From NCBI GenBank assembly GCA_964527425.1, contig CAZGOA010000004.1, forward strand, positions 35,691 to 99,690: a DNA stretch of 64,000 nt, in the 5' to 3' direction. This document shows, piece after piece, positions 10,290 to 20,031 of this stretch; position 1 is the first letter of the stretch; each line of letters begins with the position of its first letter. A program made the position numbers and the translations under genes. The notes below the pieces were generated by a model. The model searched no databases and had not been told where the DNA came from. It worked only from the letters and a program-made list of their open reading frames with translations. The DNA comes from an uncultured Gammaproteobacteria bacterium (GTDB taxonomy: Bacteria; Patescibacteriota; Microgenomatia; UBA10105; UBA927).

Positions 10290-12635
10290 ATGGCTTTTTC
10301 TTTACAACAACTACAACGATATCAAAATGTTTTAGAATCTCCTCTCGAAGGAGGCCTATCACCAGATCCTTATTTATTTATAGAATCTATCGCCTATCTT
10401 TCTAAGTTTCATGAAGGGAGAGCGGCCATTAACATTCTTCCACGAGAAAAACGTCAACTCATAGAAACTAAACTCTTAAAAGAGGTTCCCCTGGAACAAG
10501 ATGAAATTTCGATGTTTTATGAGCTGCAAAAAGCGCTTCTTGATAATTTAACTGTTATTAAAACACTGTTGGAAGACGGGATTGATCCAGAAATAAAACA
10601 GCAAGCCGATATTTCAAGAAATACCGTAGAGGCTATAAACAGTGTTTCAACAGACAAAGAACAAACCAGACAACAATGGAAGCAAACCAAAGAAGCGATA
10701 ATAAAAGATTGGATAAGATTTTCCAGAGCTGATATTTCAGATAGTCAAAGGCAGGAACTTGAGCGAACGCTTAATAAGCTTAACCAGTTTACGTCCTCAC
10801 GAGAAGTGTTTTCTTTTTTAGACACAGAATCAGAACGCATAACAGCTCATTCACCAGCGAATTATTTAAACAACCGCTCCAGTGTTCCAGTTCAAGAGTA
10901 TCGGGAAGCAGAAGAAGCCATTACTTACGCTAATAATCGGATAGCCTTGCTTTCCGCTATGACAGATACAGTAGAATTTTCTTCTCGGGATGTGCCCCTT
11001 GTTGATCCTCACCTTCCTGCTGGAAAATCATCTTATCCGGACATGCGTCTCTATTTAAAAGCACAAGCGGTGTTACATAAAGACCCGAGGTTAAAACAGC
11101 TTAACAAAGAGAGAGAACAGATGGCTTTGTTAGCAGTAAACGCCGCAGCTCTTTCTCAAAGCCAGCTCCCTGAATCATTAACAAGAAATGATCCGGAAAT
11201 TGCTGAACAGACACTGCGAGCGGTGCTTGAACAGAAGTTTGGTGTTCTAAATGATAATCGCCTTACTCAGCTCATTGGCGACACCAGCAATCCAGAGACT
11301 GTTCAAAAAACATTAAGGGCAGTATTGTTTATTGATGCTGCTGTAACAGCGCAAGAAAATAAAACAACAAAACTGGCAAGACTTTTTTTTGAATCAACAG
11401 CCTTTGATCAATTTCAGCAATTCATTAAAAAACAGGCTCAAGAGAACAACAGTGCGTCTCTGTTGGGAATCACACAGGAACTGTTTTCAAGTTTAACAAC
11501 CGCTGCTCAAAATCCAGAAACCAATACGTTTTTACCGTATATTATGGGAATATACCTATCAGAAGGAACTGGAAAACCCAAAAGCCTGTTGGAACAACTA
11601 CTTAATAAAGGACAGCAAGCTGGAGATAACCAACTACTATTACTAGAAGGAGCAAAAGAATTCGTTTTCGCTTCACTAAACGATTCAAACAACAAAACCA
11701 TCTACATACCTCATCAGTTCCTACTCTCTTCTCTTTTGTCACAACAAAACCTTTTTTTCCGTGTTGCTAATCGGTTTTTTTCCTTTGGTAATTATATTAC
11801 CCCAGATAATTCAACTAAACGAGAACTAAGATCAGTGGGTGTTCAGACACGAAATGTATTGCTAGATGGATTAAGTGTTGCTGGACGTTCCTTCCCGAAG
11901 CCTTTTTCCTTGGTTTCTCGCGCTTTGGGCAGTCTATTTTCTCCTTCTCCGGGCAGGATGGCAGTAAATGCAGCTGCCTTTTTTGTAAAGAAAAACCCTG
12001 TGTTTTGGATTGTGACAGGTGTAATTATTGTGCTAATTACACTAATTATACTTCCTCAACTCTCTTCTCTGGATTCTCTACAAAGAAACATGATGGGTGA
12101 GTCTATTCAAACGGGAGGCGGCGGCGGAACAAATTACAGTAGTTTTGTTTGCGAAGCAGACGATCCTTCTTGTCAGCCTTGTGATCCAGCAACAGAAAGC
12201 TGCAGTTGGCCTGTAAACAACGGGTGTATAACCAATGGACCTGGTCCACAACACAAGACTAGTCCAGGCGGGGCAGCGATAGATATTAACGCACGTTTTG
12301 GTACAGGTGTGACTGCAACACATGATGGCGTGGTAGTTGGATTTAAATTTACAGACCCGGAAAACAAGTTTTCTTCAACGCCAGACTATGGAAACTACGT
12401 CAAGATCCGTGGTGTTCGTGCAGGAAAAACCTTCTATACAATTTATTCTCATCTTCGTCCTGTTGATCCTATTGGCATGTTTAATGGTTTACCTGTCAAA
12501 TCTGGTGAAGTTATTGGTTTTGTAGACAATACCGGATATTCTTTTGGAACACATTTACATTATGAGGTTATTGGACTTCCTCTTGAAGCGTTGTTCCCTT
12601 TTCCAACGACTCGGGGAACATGTGTGAACCGCTAG
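10290..12635 (+). CDS. Membrane protein with large N-terminal helical region and C-terminal M23 metallopeptidase domain
   Basis: TM segment WIVTGVIIVLITLIIL, then H..AIDI, YGNYVKI, YSHL, VKSGEVIGFVDNTGYSFGTHLHYE (HxH). Confidence 0.8.
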   Translation: MAFSLQQLQRYQNVLESPLEGGLSPDPYLFIESIAYLSKFHEGRAAINILPREKRQLIETKLLKEVPLEQDEISMFYELQKALLDNLTVIKTLLEDGIDPEIKQQADISRNTVEAINSVSTDKEQTRQQWKQTKEAIIKDWIRFSRADISDSQRQELERTLNKLNQFTSSREVFSFLDTESERITAHSPANYLNNRSSVPVQEYREAEEAITYANNRIALLSAMTDTVEFSSRDVPLVDPHLPAGKSSYPDMRLYLKAQAVLHKDPRLKQLNKEREQMALLAVNAAALSQSQLPESLTRNDPEIAEQTLRAVLEQKFGVLNDNRLTQLIGDTSNPETVQKTLRAVLFIDAAVTAQENKTTKLARLFFESTAFDQFQQFIKKQAQENNSASLLGITQELFSSLTTAAQNPETNTFLPYIMGIYLSEGTGKPKSLLEQLLNKGQQAGDNQLLLLEGAKEFVFASLNDSNNKTIYIPHQFLLSSLLSQQNLFFRVANRFFSFGNYITPDNSTKRELRSVGVQTRNVLLDGLSVAGRSFPKPFSLVSRALGSLFSPSPGRMAVNAAAFFVKKNPVFWIVTGVIIVLITLIILPQLSSLDSLQRNMMGESIQTGGGGGTNYSSFVCEADDPSCQPCDPATESCSWPVNNGCITNGPGPQHKTSPGGAAIDINARFGTGVTATHDGVVVGFKFTDPENKFSSTPDYGNYVKIRGVRAGKTFYTIYSHLRPVDPIGMFNGLPVKSGEVIGFVDNTGYSFGTHLHYEVIGLPLEALFPFPTTRGTCVNR

Positions 12636-12656
12636 TGTTGGTGATACAATATTTTT

Positions 12657-13595
12657 ATGAAGCATGGCAAAAAAGTTCTGTTTGTTGCAGTAATACTAGT
12701 TGTTGGTATTGCTGCGTTTGTGTACACAAGAACACAACAAACCGCGTCTCCCCAGCAACTACCAGTCGTTTCTGACACCCAAAGCCTGGGTGTTTCTCCT
12801 AATTATTCAGACATATCACTCTCTCCTGTGTTTGTTTTGCCACAGAATGTAAACGTACCAGAATCTCTCCCGGAATATGCAGTAACATATGATATAAACG
12901 TGACTGGTTCTCTCCAGGAATTAGCAGATTTATTATTAATAAACACTCCTTCTAGAGAAAATTATGGTCTCGTTGAATGGAATAGCGAAGATTTTTTTCT
13001 TTCCTACAATACTCGTGACCAATCCGTTGCAATTACTCGTTTAAATCCTTCTTCTGATTTATTACAAAACCAAACCGAGCTGTTTGATGTGCTTAGACGC
13101 TCTGGGTTTCTTTCTTCAAATATTACGTTTAAAGAAGTATTAAACACTACTCTCAAAGGTGTTGATGGTGGAATTGGACCGCTGGCGGTTCAACAGTTTT
13201 CCGCGCATATTGACGCTTATCCTCTTTTTTTCTCTCTCGCTGATTCTGTATGGTTGTCTCTTAGAAAAACTCCTCAAGGGGCTGTGGACACTGTTTCTTT
13301 TACTATCCCCCCAAATCAGGCGACGAAAGAACAAACAAAAAAAACATTTTCTCTACCTCAGATATTAGAACTTTTAAACTCTGGTAAAGGAACACTGTTT
13401 TCTGCAGATTTTCAGGTAAATAAAGAATTTGGCACAATACCTAATTTTACAACAGTAACCGTTTCCTCCCTCTCTGTTGCGTATCTTCTTTCCGCAAATA
13501 ATACTCTGGCAAAACCGGTATTCGTGTTGCAAGGAATAGGCACGGGTTCAGGTAGAGCACAAGAGGTTATCTATCTCCTTCCTGCAACAAATTAG
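12657..13595 (+). CDS. Hypothetical exported/membrane-anchored protein
   Basis: Basic N-terminus followed by a hydrophobic helix; 312 aa ORF; TGATACAAT 6 nt before the ATG. Confidence 0.7.
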   Translation: MKHGKKVLFVAVILVVGIAAFVYTRTQQTASPQQLPVVSDTQSLGVSPNYSDISLSPVFVLPQNVNVPESLPEYAVTYDINVTGSLQELADLLLINTPSRENYGLVEWNSEDFFLSYNTRDQSVAITRLNPSSDLLQNQTELFDVLRRSGFLSSNITFKEVLNTTLKGVDGGIGPLAVQQFSAHIDAYPLFFSLADSVWLSLRKTPQGAVDTVSFTIPPNQATKEQTKKTFSLPQILELLNSGKGTLFSADFQVNKEFGTIPNFTTVTVSSLSVAYLLSANNTLAKPVFVLQGIGTGSGRAQEVIYLLPATN

Positions 13596-14701
13596 CCCTG
13601 GATTCTAACCGGCATGATTATGTGCAAAAAGTCTTCTCTTTTGGGTATTCTAAACACCACCGGACTAAGCGCTCCTGAAAGCCGAATGATTAATTGATCA
13701 GACTTTACATTCGATAAAAACTCTATGAGAAACCTGCTGTTTAAGGCAACGGTAGCATCTTCCCCTTCTACTTCTGCCTCTAGCTCTACTTTGTTTTCTC
13801 CTATTTGTGGCGTATTAGCGCTTACTTCTAGCGTTCCTGGAGAAATTGAAAAACGAAGAACCCCTGCACTGTCTCTTGCAAAAATACTTGCAGACTTAAC
13901 TGCTCGCGTTAACTCTTCGGTGTCTATGGTTACTGCTGTCTCATGAACAGAAGGAATGATTTTTTTATAATTAGGATAGTCTCCCTCTATTCTTCTGGTT
14001 GAAAGTTGTGTGTCTCCAAATGTAAAAGTTAATTGTCCATCTATTGATTCTGTAATGCGTATGCGTTCTGCTTCTTTTTCATCATTTCCTTGTTTAATTA
14101 CCTCTGTTACAGCTCTTGCTGGAATCACTATTGGTTGTGAAGAAACCTTGTCTTTCCCCTTTAAAGAAGCCATAGACATTCTATAGCCATCGGTTGAAAC
14201 GACGGTCGTTCCTTCTTCTGTTGGCTCCATTCTAACCCCCGTCAACAACGGTCTTGCTTCGTCTGTTGCAGCAGAAAACGAAACTAAGGAAAGAGAAGTT
14301 AATAGTTCTTCTTTTACCAGGTCTGTTCCTGTATTGCTAGTAACTTCTGGTGTTGGTGGAAACTCTGCTGCTACAAAGCTGGGTATTTTTGCTTTACTTC
14401 TGTTACTTTCGATTACTATCGTTTCTTTTTCTACCACTACAGAAACTGTTCCCCTAGAAAGAGAGGATAAAAATTCCTGAACTATTTTGGCCGGTAGACA
14501 ACAACGTCCTTCTTTTTCTATTTTTCCCGGTAATGCAGTTTTGATGGTTGTTTCAAGATTTGTTGCGGTTATTGAAATTGCACCATTTTCTGCTATGAGC
14601 AAACAATAACTCAGTATTGGCAGTTGAGGTTTTGTCTGTATAATTCTCGTTACTTTATTCATTGCTTTTATAAAGTGTTCCTGAAGACAAGTAATGTTCA
14701 T
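13592..14701 (-). CDS. dnaN: DNA polymerase III beta sliding clamp
   Basis: ATNLE, ARPLLTGV, STDGYRM, IEGDYPNY, C-terminal IIMPVR; directly downstream of dnaA. Confidence 0.97.
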   Translation of the reverse strand: MNITCLQEHFIKAMNKVTRIIQTKPQLPILSYCLLIAENGAISITATNLETTIKTALPGKIEKEGRCCLPAKIVQEFLSSLSRGTVSVVVEKETIVIESNRSKAKIPSFVAAEFPPTPEVTSNTGTDLVKEELLTSLSLVSFSAATDEARPLLTGVRMEPTEEGTTVVSTDGYRMSMASLKGKDKVSSQPIVIPARAVTEVIKQGNDEKEAERIRITESIDGQLTFTFGDTQLSTRRIEGDYPNYKKIIPSVHETAVTIDTEELTRAVKSASIFARDSAGVLRFSISPGTLEVSANTPQIGENKVELEAEVEGEDATVALNSRFLIEFLSNVKSDQLIIRLSGALSPVVFRIPKREDFLHIIMPVRIQG

Positions 14702-14709
14702 GCGTTCCT

Positions 14710-14881
14710 TTCTTAATTAAATTAAATAGTAATAGTATATAGAAATGGTCGTGGAAAAGTGTATATCTTTTTGATTTGTTTATCAAATCAACAAAATTCC
14801 TCTTTTCTTTTTTGGATATTTCGGTTTTTTCTGTTGATAAAGACGTGGATAAATCAGGTCTCCTTGTTGATATGTGGAAAA
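14710..14881. other. oriC unwinding module in the dnaA-dnaN intergenic region: AT-rich DUE, DnaA-trio-like repeats and DnaA boxes
   Basis: Minus-strand boxes ttttccacg (14750-14758), ttatcaaca (14832-14840), ttatccacg (14844-14852), ttttccaca (14873-14881). The first box is followed by ctatatactattactatttaatttaattaag. Confidence 0.8.
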
Positions 14882-14891
14882 ACAAAAAAAT

Positions 14892-16271
14892 CTACGTGAA
14901 TAACTGAGACCTTATCCCCACAAGAGCGTCTTTCATTTGTTGATTTGTTAACAACTCCTTTTCGATTGTTTCAATACCATGAAGGACTGTTGAATGATCC
15001 CTTCCTCCCAAAAGCCCACCGATATCATCAAGCGTTACTTTTAGCTCTTTGTAGCAAAGGTACATAATCAATTGACGTGGGCGGGCGATTGGTCTATCTC
15101 TTTTGGGTCCCTTAAGGTGCATTGGTTTAATTTCAAAATACGCAGAAACAGCCTCCAAAATGTCTAGAGGAGTTACGCGTTTAGAAAATGACTGTTTAGA
15201 AGAAACAGCCTGTGGTTGAGGACTTTCTGGGTCTATGTTTAACATCCTTCCTACTGTTTCCGGAGAAATTTCAATTTTTTTGATCGCAACCTCATTTAAT
15301 AGTTTTCGTAAAAATCCTTCTAACGCACGCGTGTCTGTGTGGGCAGAAGCTATTAGTTGAGCAACCTGGCTTGAAACAGGTATGTTTAATGCCTGTGCTT
15401 TTATGTTTACGATAGCAACTCGCAGCTCAAAATCTGGTGCTGCTACATCGACGGTTAAACCACCCTCAAAACGAGACCTGAGCCTGTCTTCAAGTTTTGC
15501 TATTTCTGAAGGGGGTCTATCGCTTGTAAGGATAATTTGCCCTCCTTCTCTGTGCACCGCATTAAACGTATGGAAAAACTCTTCTTGAGCAGTTTGTTTG
15601 CCAGCAATAAATTGAACATCATCTATAAGAAGAAGCTCTGCCGAGCGATAGCGCTGCTTAAGCTGAAGGCCCGTTTTTTTTTGTATTGCCTCAACTATCT
15701 GGTTTAGAAACTCTTCACCCATAGCGTAGACAATTTTTATATGTGGTCTTTTTTTTAGCACTTCATTTGCTACTGCATGCATAAGGTGTGTTTTTCCCAC
15801 ACCAACACCACCATATAAAAACAACGGGTTGTATGCTGTTCCTGGAGAACGTGCCACCGCTGTTGCAGCAGCGTGTGCCAGTTGATTGCTGGGAGACACA
15901 GCGAACGATTCAAATGTTGCATCTGGTCGAATATGCAGTTTTTTTGCTATGGAAGCAACATCTTGAGAAGAACGAACCACCTGTTCTGCAAACAACGGGC
16001 CAGCTAATTCTGGTTTTAAATCAGATTTTTTTACCAAAGAAGTAAACACGAGACTTGTGTTTTCTTTTGTTAGTTGGTCTAGAATTCCCTTTATCAGTGA
16101 ATAGTACCGTGATTCTACCGTAAGCCGCATCCCTGGATTTATGGCTATAGTGGCTACTCCCTGATGAAAGCTTTGGAGTTCTGATTTTGCGAACGCTGTT
16201 TTATAAATTGCCTCAGAAACACTCATTTCCAACTCTGATTGTACTGATTTCCAAAGTTTGACTGTATCCAT
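14892..16271 (-). CDS. dnaA: Chromosomal replication initiator DnaA
   Basis: YNPLFLYGGVGVGKTHLM, LLLIDDVQF, QEEFFHTFN, RLRSRFEGGL, GGRDHSTV. Start set at MDTVKLW (16271) because the longer ORF-track start runs through DnaA boxes. Confidence 0.97.
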   Translation of the reverse strand: MDTVKLWKSVQSELEMSVSEAIYKTAFAKSELQSFHQGVATIAINPGMRLTVESRYYSLIKGILDQLTKENTSLVFTSLVKKSDLKPELAGPLFAEQVVRSSQDVASIAKKLHIRPDATFESFAVSPSNQLAHAAATAVARSPGTAYNPLFLYGGVGVGKTHLMHAVANEVLKKRPHIKIVYAMGEEFLNQIVEAIQKKTGLQLKQRYRSAELLLIDDVQFIAGKQTAQEEFFHTFNAVHREGGQIILTSDRPPSEIAKLEDRLRSRFEGGLTVDVAAPDFELRVAIVNIKAQALNIPVSSQVAQLIASAHTDTRALEGFLRKLLNEVAIKKIEISPETVGRMLNIDPESPQPQAVSSKQSFSKRVTPLDILEAVSAYFEIKPMHLKGPKRDRPIARPRQLIMYLCYKELKVTLDDIGGLLGGRDHSTVLHGIETIEKELLTNQQMKDALVGIRSQLFT

Positions 16272-16297
16272 AGAAGAAACCACAAGGGGCAAACACA

Positions 16298-16381
16298 AGT
16301 GGGTAAAAGTATCCACATCTTATGAAGAATTATCCACACTCGCAAGAGGCAGATTTAAGGTTTTTTGAAAACTTATCCACT
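16298..16381. promoter_or_regulatory. DnaA-box cluster upstream of dnaA (second oriC part/autoregulation)
   Basis: Perfect TTATCCACA at 16330-16338; gtatccaca 16309-16317; ttatccact 16373-16381; reverse ttacccact 16298-16306. Confidence 0.8.
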
Positions 16382-16388
16382 GTCTTTT

Positions 16389-17054
16389 TTATTCTTGTTT
16401 GGATTCTTCAGAAGAAGCCGCTTCTGTTGTGGGTGTCTCTTCTGTCTCCTCTTTTGCTTCTGATTCTGCAGCTTCTGTTGCAACTGGCTCTTCTTCTACA
16501 ACAATTGCGCCGATTTTTACAACAGTTTCTTCAGCGTCTGATAAAACGGTTACCCCTTCTGGGACAACGAGGTCTTTCACCGTTTTTTCACTGTCAACCA
16601 CAGCCAGAGCATCAATGTTGATAACTAAAGATTCTGGAATTTCTGAAGGAAGGGCTTCAATTTCTATTTCTTGCAGGACCTGAATAAGGGTACCTAAGCC
16701 CTCTTTAACAGCAGGCGCTTCTCCTTCTATCGTGATCGGGATCATGGTTTTCATTTTTTCCTTTAAGTTTACCTTCAACAATTCAACATGTAACACTTCT
16801 TTTGTAACGGGATGTTGTTGGACGACATGAATTAAAACCGGATGTTTGGATCCATCAATGAGCAAATCAACCAGGTGTGTTTGCCCAGCTTCTTCATATG
16901 CTTTTTTGAAATTTACTGTTGGAATTTCGATTGATATACTTTCAAACCCTTTTCCATAAACAGATGCAGGAAGTTTACCCTCTTTGCGAAGGTGTTTTAC
17001 CTTGTGTCCAAGGGTTTTTCTTTTTTCTGCTTGTAATGAAATTGTTTTATTCAT
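16389..17054 (-). CDS. rplY: 50S ribosomal protein bL25 (Ctc form)
   Basis: LRKEGKLPASVYG, VQQHPV...LHVEL, GEAPAVKEG, LPSEIPE; acidic tail. Confidence 0.95.
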   Translation of the reverse strand: MNKTISLQAEKRKTLGHKVKHLRKEGKLPASVYGKGFESISIEIPTVNFKKAYEEAGQTHLVDLLIDGSKHPVLIHVVQQHPVTKEVLHVELLKVNLKEKMKTMIPITIEGEAPAVKEGLGTLIQVLQEIEIEALPSEIPESLVINIDALAVVDSEKTVKDLVVPEGVTVLSDAEETVVKIGAIVVEEEPVATEAAESEAKEETEETPTTEAASSEESKQE

Positions 17055-19471
17055 GGGTCCTCCGAAACAAACGAAACAGATAGTAATTCGTCGCGTTGTA
17101 ACTTCGTATTGTACGTAATTTGGCCGTTGTTTGCAACTAAATCACCAGGAAGGGTTTTTTGTATAGTATAGTTGGGAGATAGGCTGGCAACCAGAGTAAA
17201 AGGAGTTGAATGAGTTCCGGGCTGCTTGTATACAGAAAGGGCATATGAGCTGGGTACAAAAGAAACAGGTTGTGAAGACAAAACGGTGACGTTGGTTTTT
17301 TCGTTTTGTTTCGTGGTCAAAGCTAGTCCAAGTGTTAGTAATCCAGGTTGTTCGTCTAGTATTTCAGCATAAGGCAGAGGTGTTGCACTCGTTGTAGCCA
17401 CCTGTAGAGAAAGCTGAACACCGTTTACTTGAACAGATTGAATTGATGTTCCTGTTGGATAGTAGACCCTGGTATAAGATGTATAGTCCCCTCCCCCAAC
17501 AGATTGCCTGTTTATATCATGTTCCCACTCAAGTGAATCTTTTCTGTTTAGTTCCAGTGGAGAGAGAGACACAAACCTACTAAAAGAGCGTTCTACATGA
17601 GTATTGGATTTGTTAACTCCCAGATTTGCTTCAACCACAGCAAACAAGTCTTTTAGGCAGTACGTCTCACTGTCAACAGTACATACTGTTTCTGGAGGAA
17701 ACTCTCCACTCCACCTTAATGAAGTAAATTCTTCTTGAAGACCAGCTTCTGTTGAAAACAACTGAATGTTTTTATTTTCTAAAGAGGTTGATAAAAGAAC
17801 CCCAAGCTTAAGGTATTCAGCAAACGACAAACCGGTTAGTTTGTTTTTTAGTACATACGCCAAGTTGGTAATTATATTCTTTTTTTGTTGTGATCCAGGG
17901 AAAAAAGAGTCGTGTATGGTTGTGTGAAGATGTTCAAACACAGAATCCGAAGTAACAGAAATATTATATTCGGGTATTGATAAAGGTCCAGTAATGTTGA
18001 GAAGCTCCTCAACAAACGGTAGTGTTATGGCAATGACACCATCTACAGATTGACCCGTAGATTTTTCATAAAACCAGACAGCCTTCTTTGCGCTATCCTC
18101 AAAATTTGCAGACCAGTTACTGTCTCTCAGGTACCAGTGTTCTTGATTAAGTATTGTTCTAATAGGTAAAGGAGGGTCTACGTGGCCTTTTAGTTGGCCA
18201 TCTATGCTATACACATCTTCAATAGTTAACGTTTTTATCTGGTTTTGTTCAAAGCGTAAAAGACCGACTGTTCCTATAAATCCCCCGGTAGGACGGAGCT
18301 CCCTGTTGTTTTGTAGTAAAATTAAATAATGCTTGTTTTTCGAACCCCCAGAAATCGAAGGATAGAGATTTGCTAAAAAAGATAACGAGTTACCACTTTG
18401 TTGAATTGATGTTAAATATGACACTGTTGATGTTAACCGAGAGCGTATTGGGCTTTTGTTAATCACCATATTGCTTGATGATGTCAACACTTTTAAATCA
18501 CTGAGTAGCAAGGAAAAGTCTGGCGCAAGTTCTCTCCAAACCTCTCCCAACTGATTAATGTTTATAAGCAAAGACCCATTTTTCTCTGCTAACGCCTGGA
18601 TTACGCCTGTTGTTGTGTGGTGTTTTGATACTACGTCTAACATGTGGTAAGCGCGGTCGCTTATGGCCAATACTCGCTTGTATGGAGTTGAAAAAGAAAA
18701 TGGGCTAACAGGTAGTACAATTGCCGCGCCGGTAACGGTAGATACTCTAAGAGCAATTTTTGTTACCTGTATAAGTGGTATTGAGGGTTTTTCTATCAAG
18801 CTGTTTAAAAGAAAGAAGCTTAGTACAGATGAGCCAATATGTAAACAGAAGACCGTGACTAAAGCAACAAATGTGTGCCTAATAAACAATCCAGCCGGGA
18901 AAGCTTTTCTTGATTTGCGTTGATAGGTCGTTTTTAAGAGTTGATCTATCAGTAATTCCTTTTGCTGCCAGTTGACATGGTGCTTTTCTCTTGTGCTGTT
19001 TTGCTGGTCAGAAAACGTGGGTTTGGCAGCAGGAGTCGTTTCCTTAATAATCTCGTTTTCAGACGAGACAGGATGTATCTGTAAAACCCTCTCACTTCCT
19101 GAAAAAAGGAACCCAAAAACCACACGAGCATCATCCCTTTTAAGAACACTATTGGATATTATCGCAACCTTTGCGTCAAAAACTGACGAGAGTTTGTGTG
19201 CTTCATCTATGTTTGTGTTTATTGCCAATATAAGGCGCCGATTTGCTTTTCTTATGGGAAATGCGTTAATTTTTTTTAGTTCATCTGCTGTTCCGGTAAT
19301 AATCTGATATAAACAGGCTTCTCCTGCCTTATAATTATCTATTACAGTTAGATTGTAAGACAAAAAATAATCCCGTAATTTTTCTAGATAGTGAAGATTT
19401 GTCCCATCAAAACAAACCAAACTAGCCTCATTAGGCAGTGGTGTGTTATTAATGGTGAGACTGGTTGACAT
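17051..19471 (-). CDS. DUF4012 domain membrane protein
   Basis: YLILLQNNRELRPTGGFIG, DVYSIDGQL, WYLRDSNWSANF, VDGVIAI, EANLGVNKSN. Confidence 0.85.
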   Translation of the reverse strand: MSTSLTINNTPLPNEASLVCFDGTNLHYLEKLRDYFLSYNLTVIDNYKAGEACLYQIITGTADELKKINAFPIRKANRRLILAINTNIDEAHKLSSVFDAKVAIISNSVLKRDDARVVFGFLFSGSERVLQIHPVSSENEIIKETTPAAKPTFSDQQNSTREKHHVNWQQKELLIDQLLKTTYQRKSRKAFPAGLFIRHTFVALVTVFCLHIGSSVLSFFLLNSLIEKPSIPLIQVTKIALRVSTVTGAAIVLPVSPFSFSTPYKRVLAISDRAYHMLDVVSKHHTTTGVIQALAEKNGSLLININQLGEVWRELAPDFSLLLSDLKVLTSSSNMVINKSPIRSRLTSTVSYLTSIQQSGNSLSFLANLYPSISGGSKNKHYLILLQNNRELRPTGGFIGTVGLLRFEQNQIKTLTIEDVYSIDGQLKGHVDPPLPIRTILNQEHWYLRDSNWSANFEDSAKKAVWFYEKSTGQSVDGVIAITLPFVEELLNITGPLSIPEYNISVTSDSVFEHLHTTIHDSFFPGSQQKKNIITNLAYVLKNKLTGLSFAEYLKLGVLLSTSLENKNIQLFSTEAGLQEEFTSLRWSGEFPPETVCTVDSETYCLKDLFAVVEANLGVNKSNTHVERSFSRFVSLSPLELNRKDSLEWEHDINRQSVGGGDYTSYTRVYYPTGTSIQSVQVNGVQLSLQVATTSATPLPYAEILDEQPGLLTLGLALTTKQNEKTNVTVLSSQPVSFVPSSYALSVYKQPGTHSTPFTLVASLSPNYTIQKTLPGDLVANNGQITYNTKLQRDELLSVSFVSEDP

Positions 19472-19596
19472 AGACTACGGAGAATCCTTTCATTAGTATG
19501 CCACAGCTGGTGACCGAAAAAAACGCCCCACATTACTCTAGGTTATGCTATTTATTGAACGCTACATGAGCAAGAAAGAAGAAGAATATAAGAGAA

Positions 19597-20007
19597 TTAT
19601 AAAGAACTATTATCAAGAGCTTCGTTAACAAGTCTGTCTGCTTGTTTGTTTTGTTCTCTTTTTACATGGGTAAAACGAACTTCTCTCCCCCACTTTGTTA
19701 TAAGAATTTTTATATCAGAAGAATACGTTTGTAAGGTTTTATCTTTTATTTTATAAACACCATTTAATTGTTTGACAACTAATTCTGAATCAAGAAAAAA
19801 ATCAATGTCATCTCTTTCCATATTGTTAGAAATCACAAACAGTAACGCGTCTTTCACAGCGAAATATTCTGCAACATTGTTAGTTGTTACACCGAGACGT
19901 TTTCCGTAATTAGCAATGAGTGAAGATTGTTTTTGAATAACAACGCCGATTGCTGCCTGGCCCGGGTTGCCTCTTGATCCCCCATCTGTATGAATGATGT
20001 ATGTCAT
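19597..20007 (-). CDS. rnhA: Ribonuclease HI family protein
   Basis: TDGGSRGNPG, TNNVAEY, DSELVVKQLNG.YK, HVKREQN..AD. Confidence 0.9.
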   Translation of the reverse strand: MTYIIHTDGGSRGNPGQAAIGVVIQKQSSLIANYGKRLGVTTNNVAEYFAVKDALLFVISNNMERDDIDFFLDSELVVKQLNGVYKIKDKTLQTYSSDIKILITKWGREVRFTHVKREQNKQADRLVNEALDNSSL

Positions 20008-20031
20008 AAGAACGAAGTATAACAGTGTAAT

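Noticed and set aside
4161-13595. Calling the T4SS-like cluster an ICE or conjugative element
   Set aside because: No relaxase, integrase or boundary repeats in view; the genes interlock with nadD and dnaN.
6382-14900. Shared 12-mer AATCTACGTGAA at 6382 and 14889 (and TGTTCCACGTAACA near 49035) as parS sites
   Set aside because: Only half-matches to TGTTNCACGTGAAACA and not palindromic; compatible with chance.
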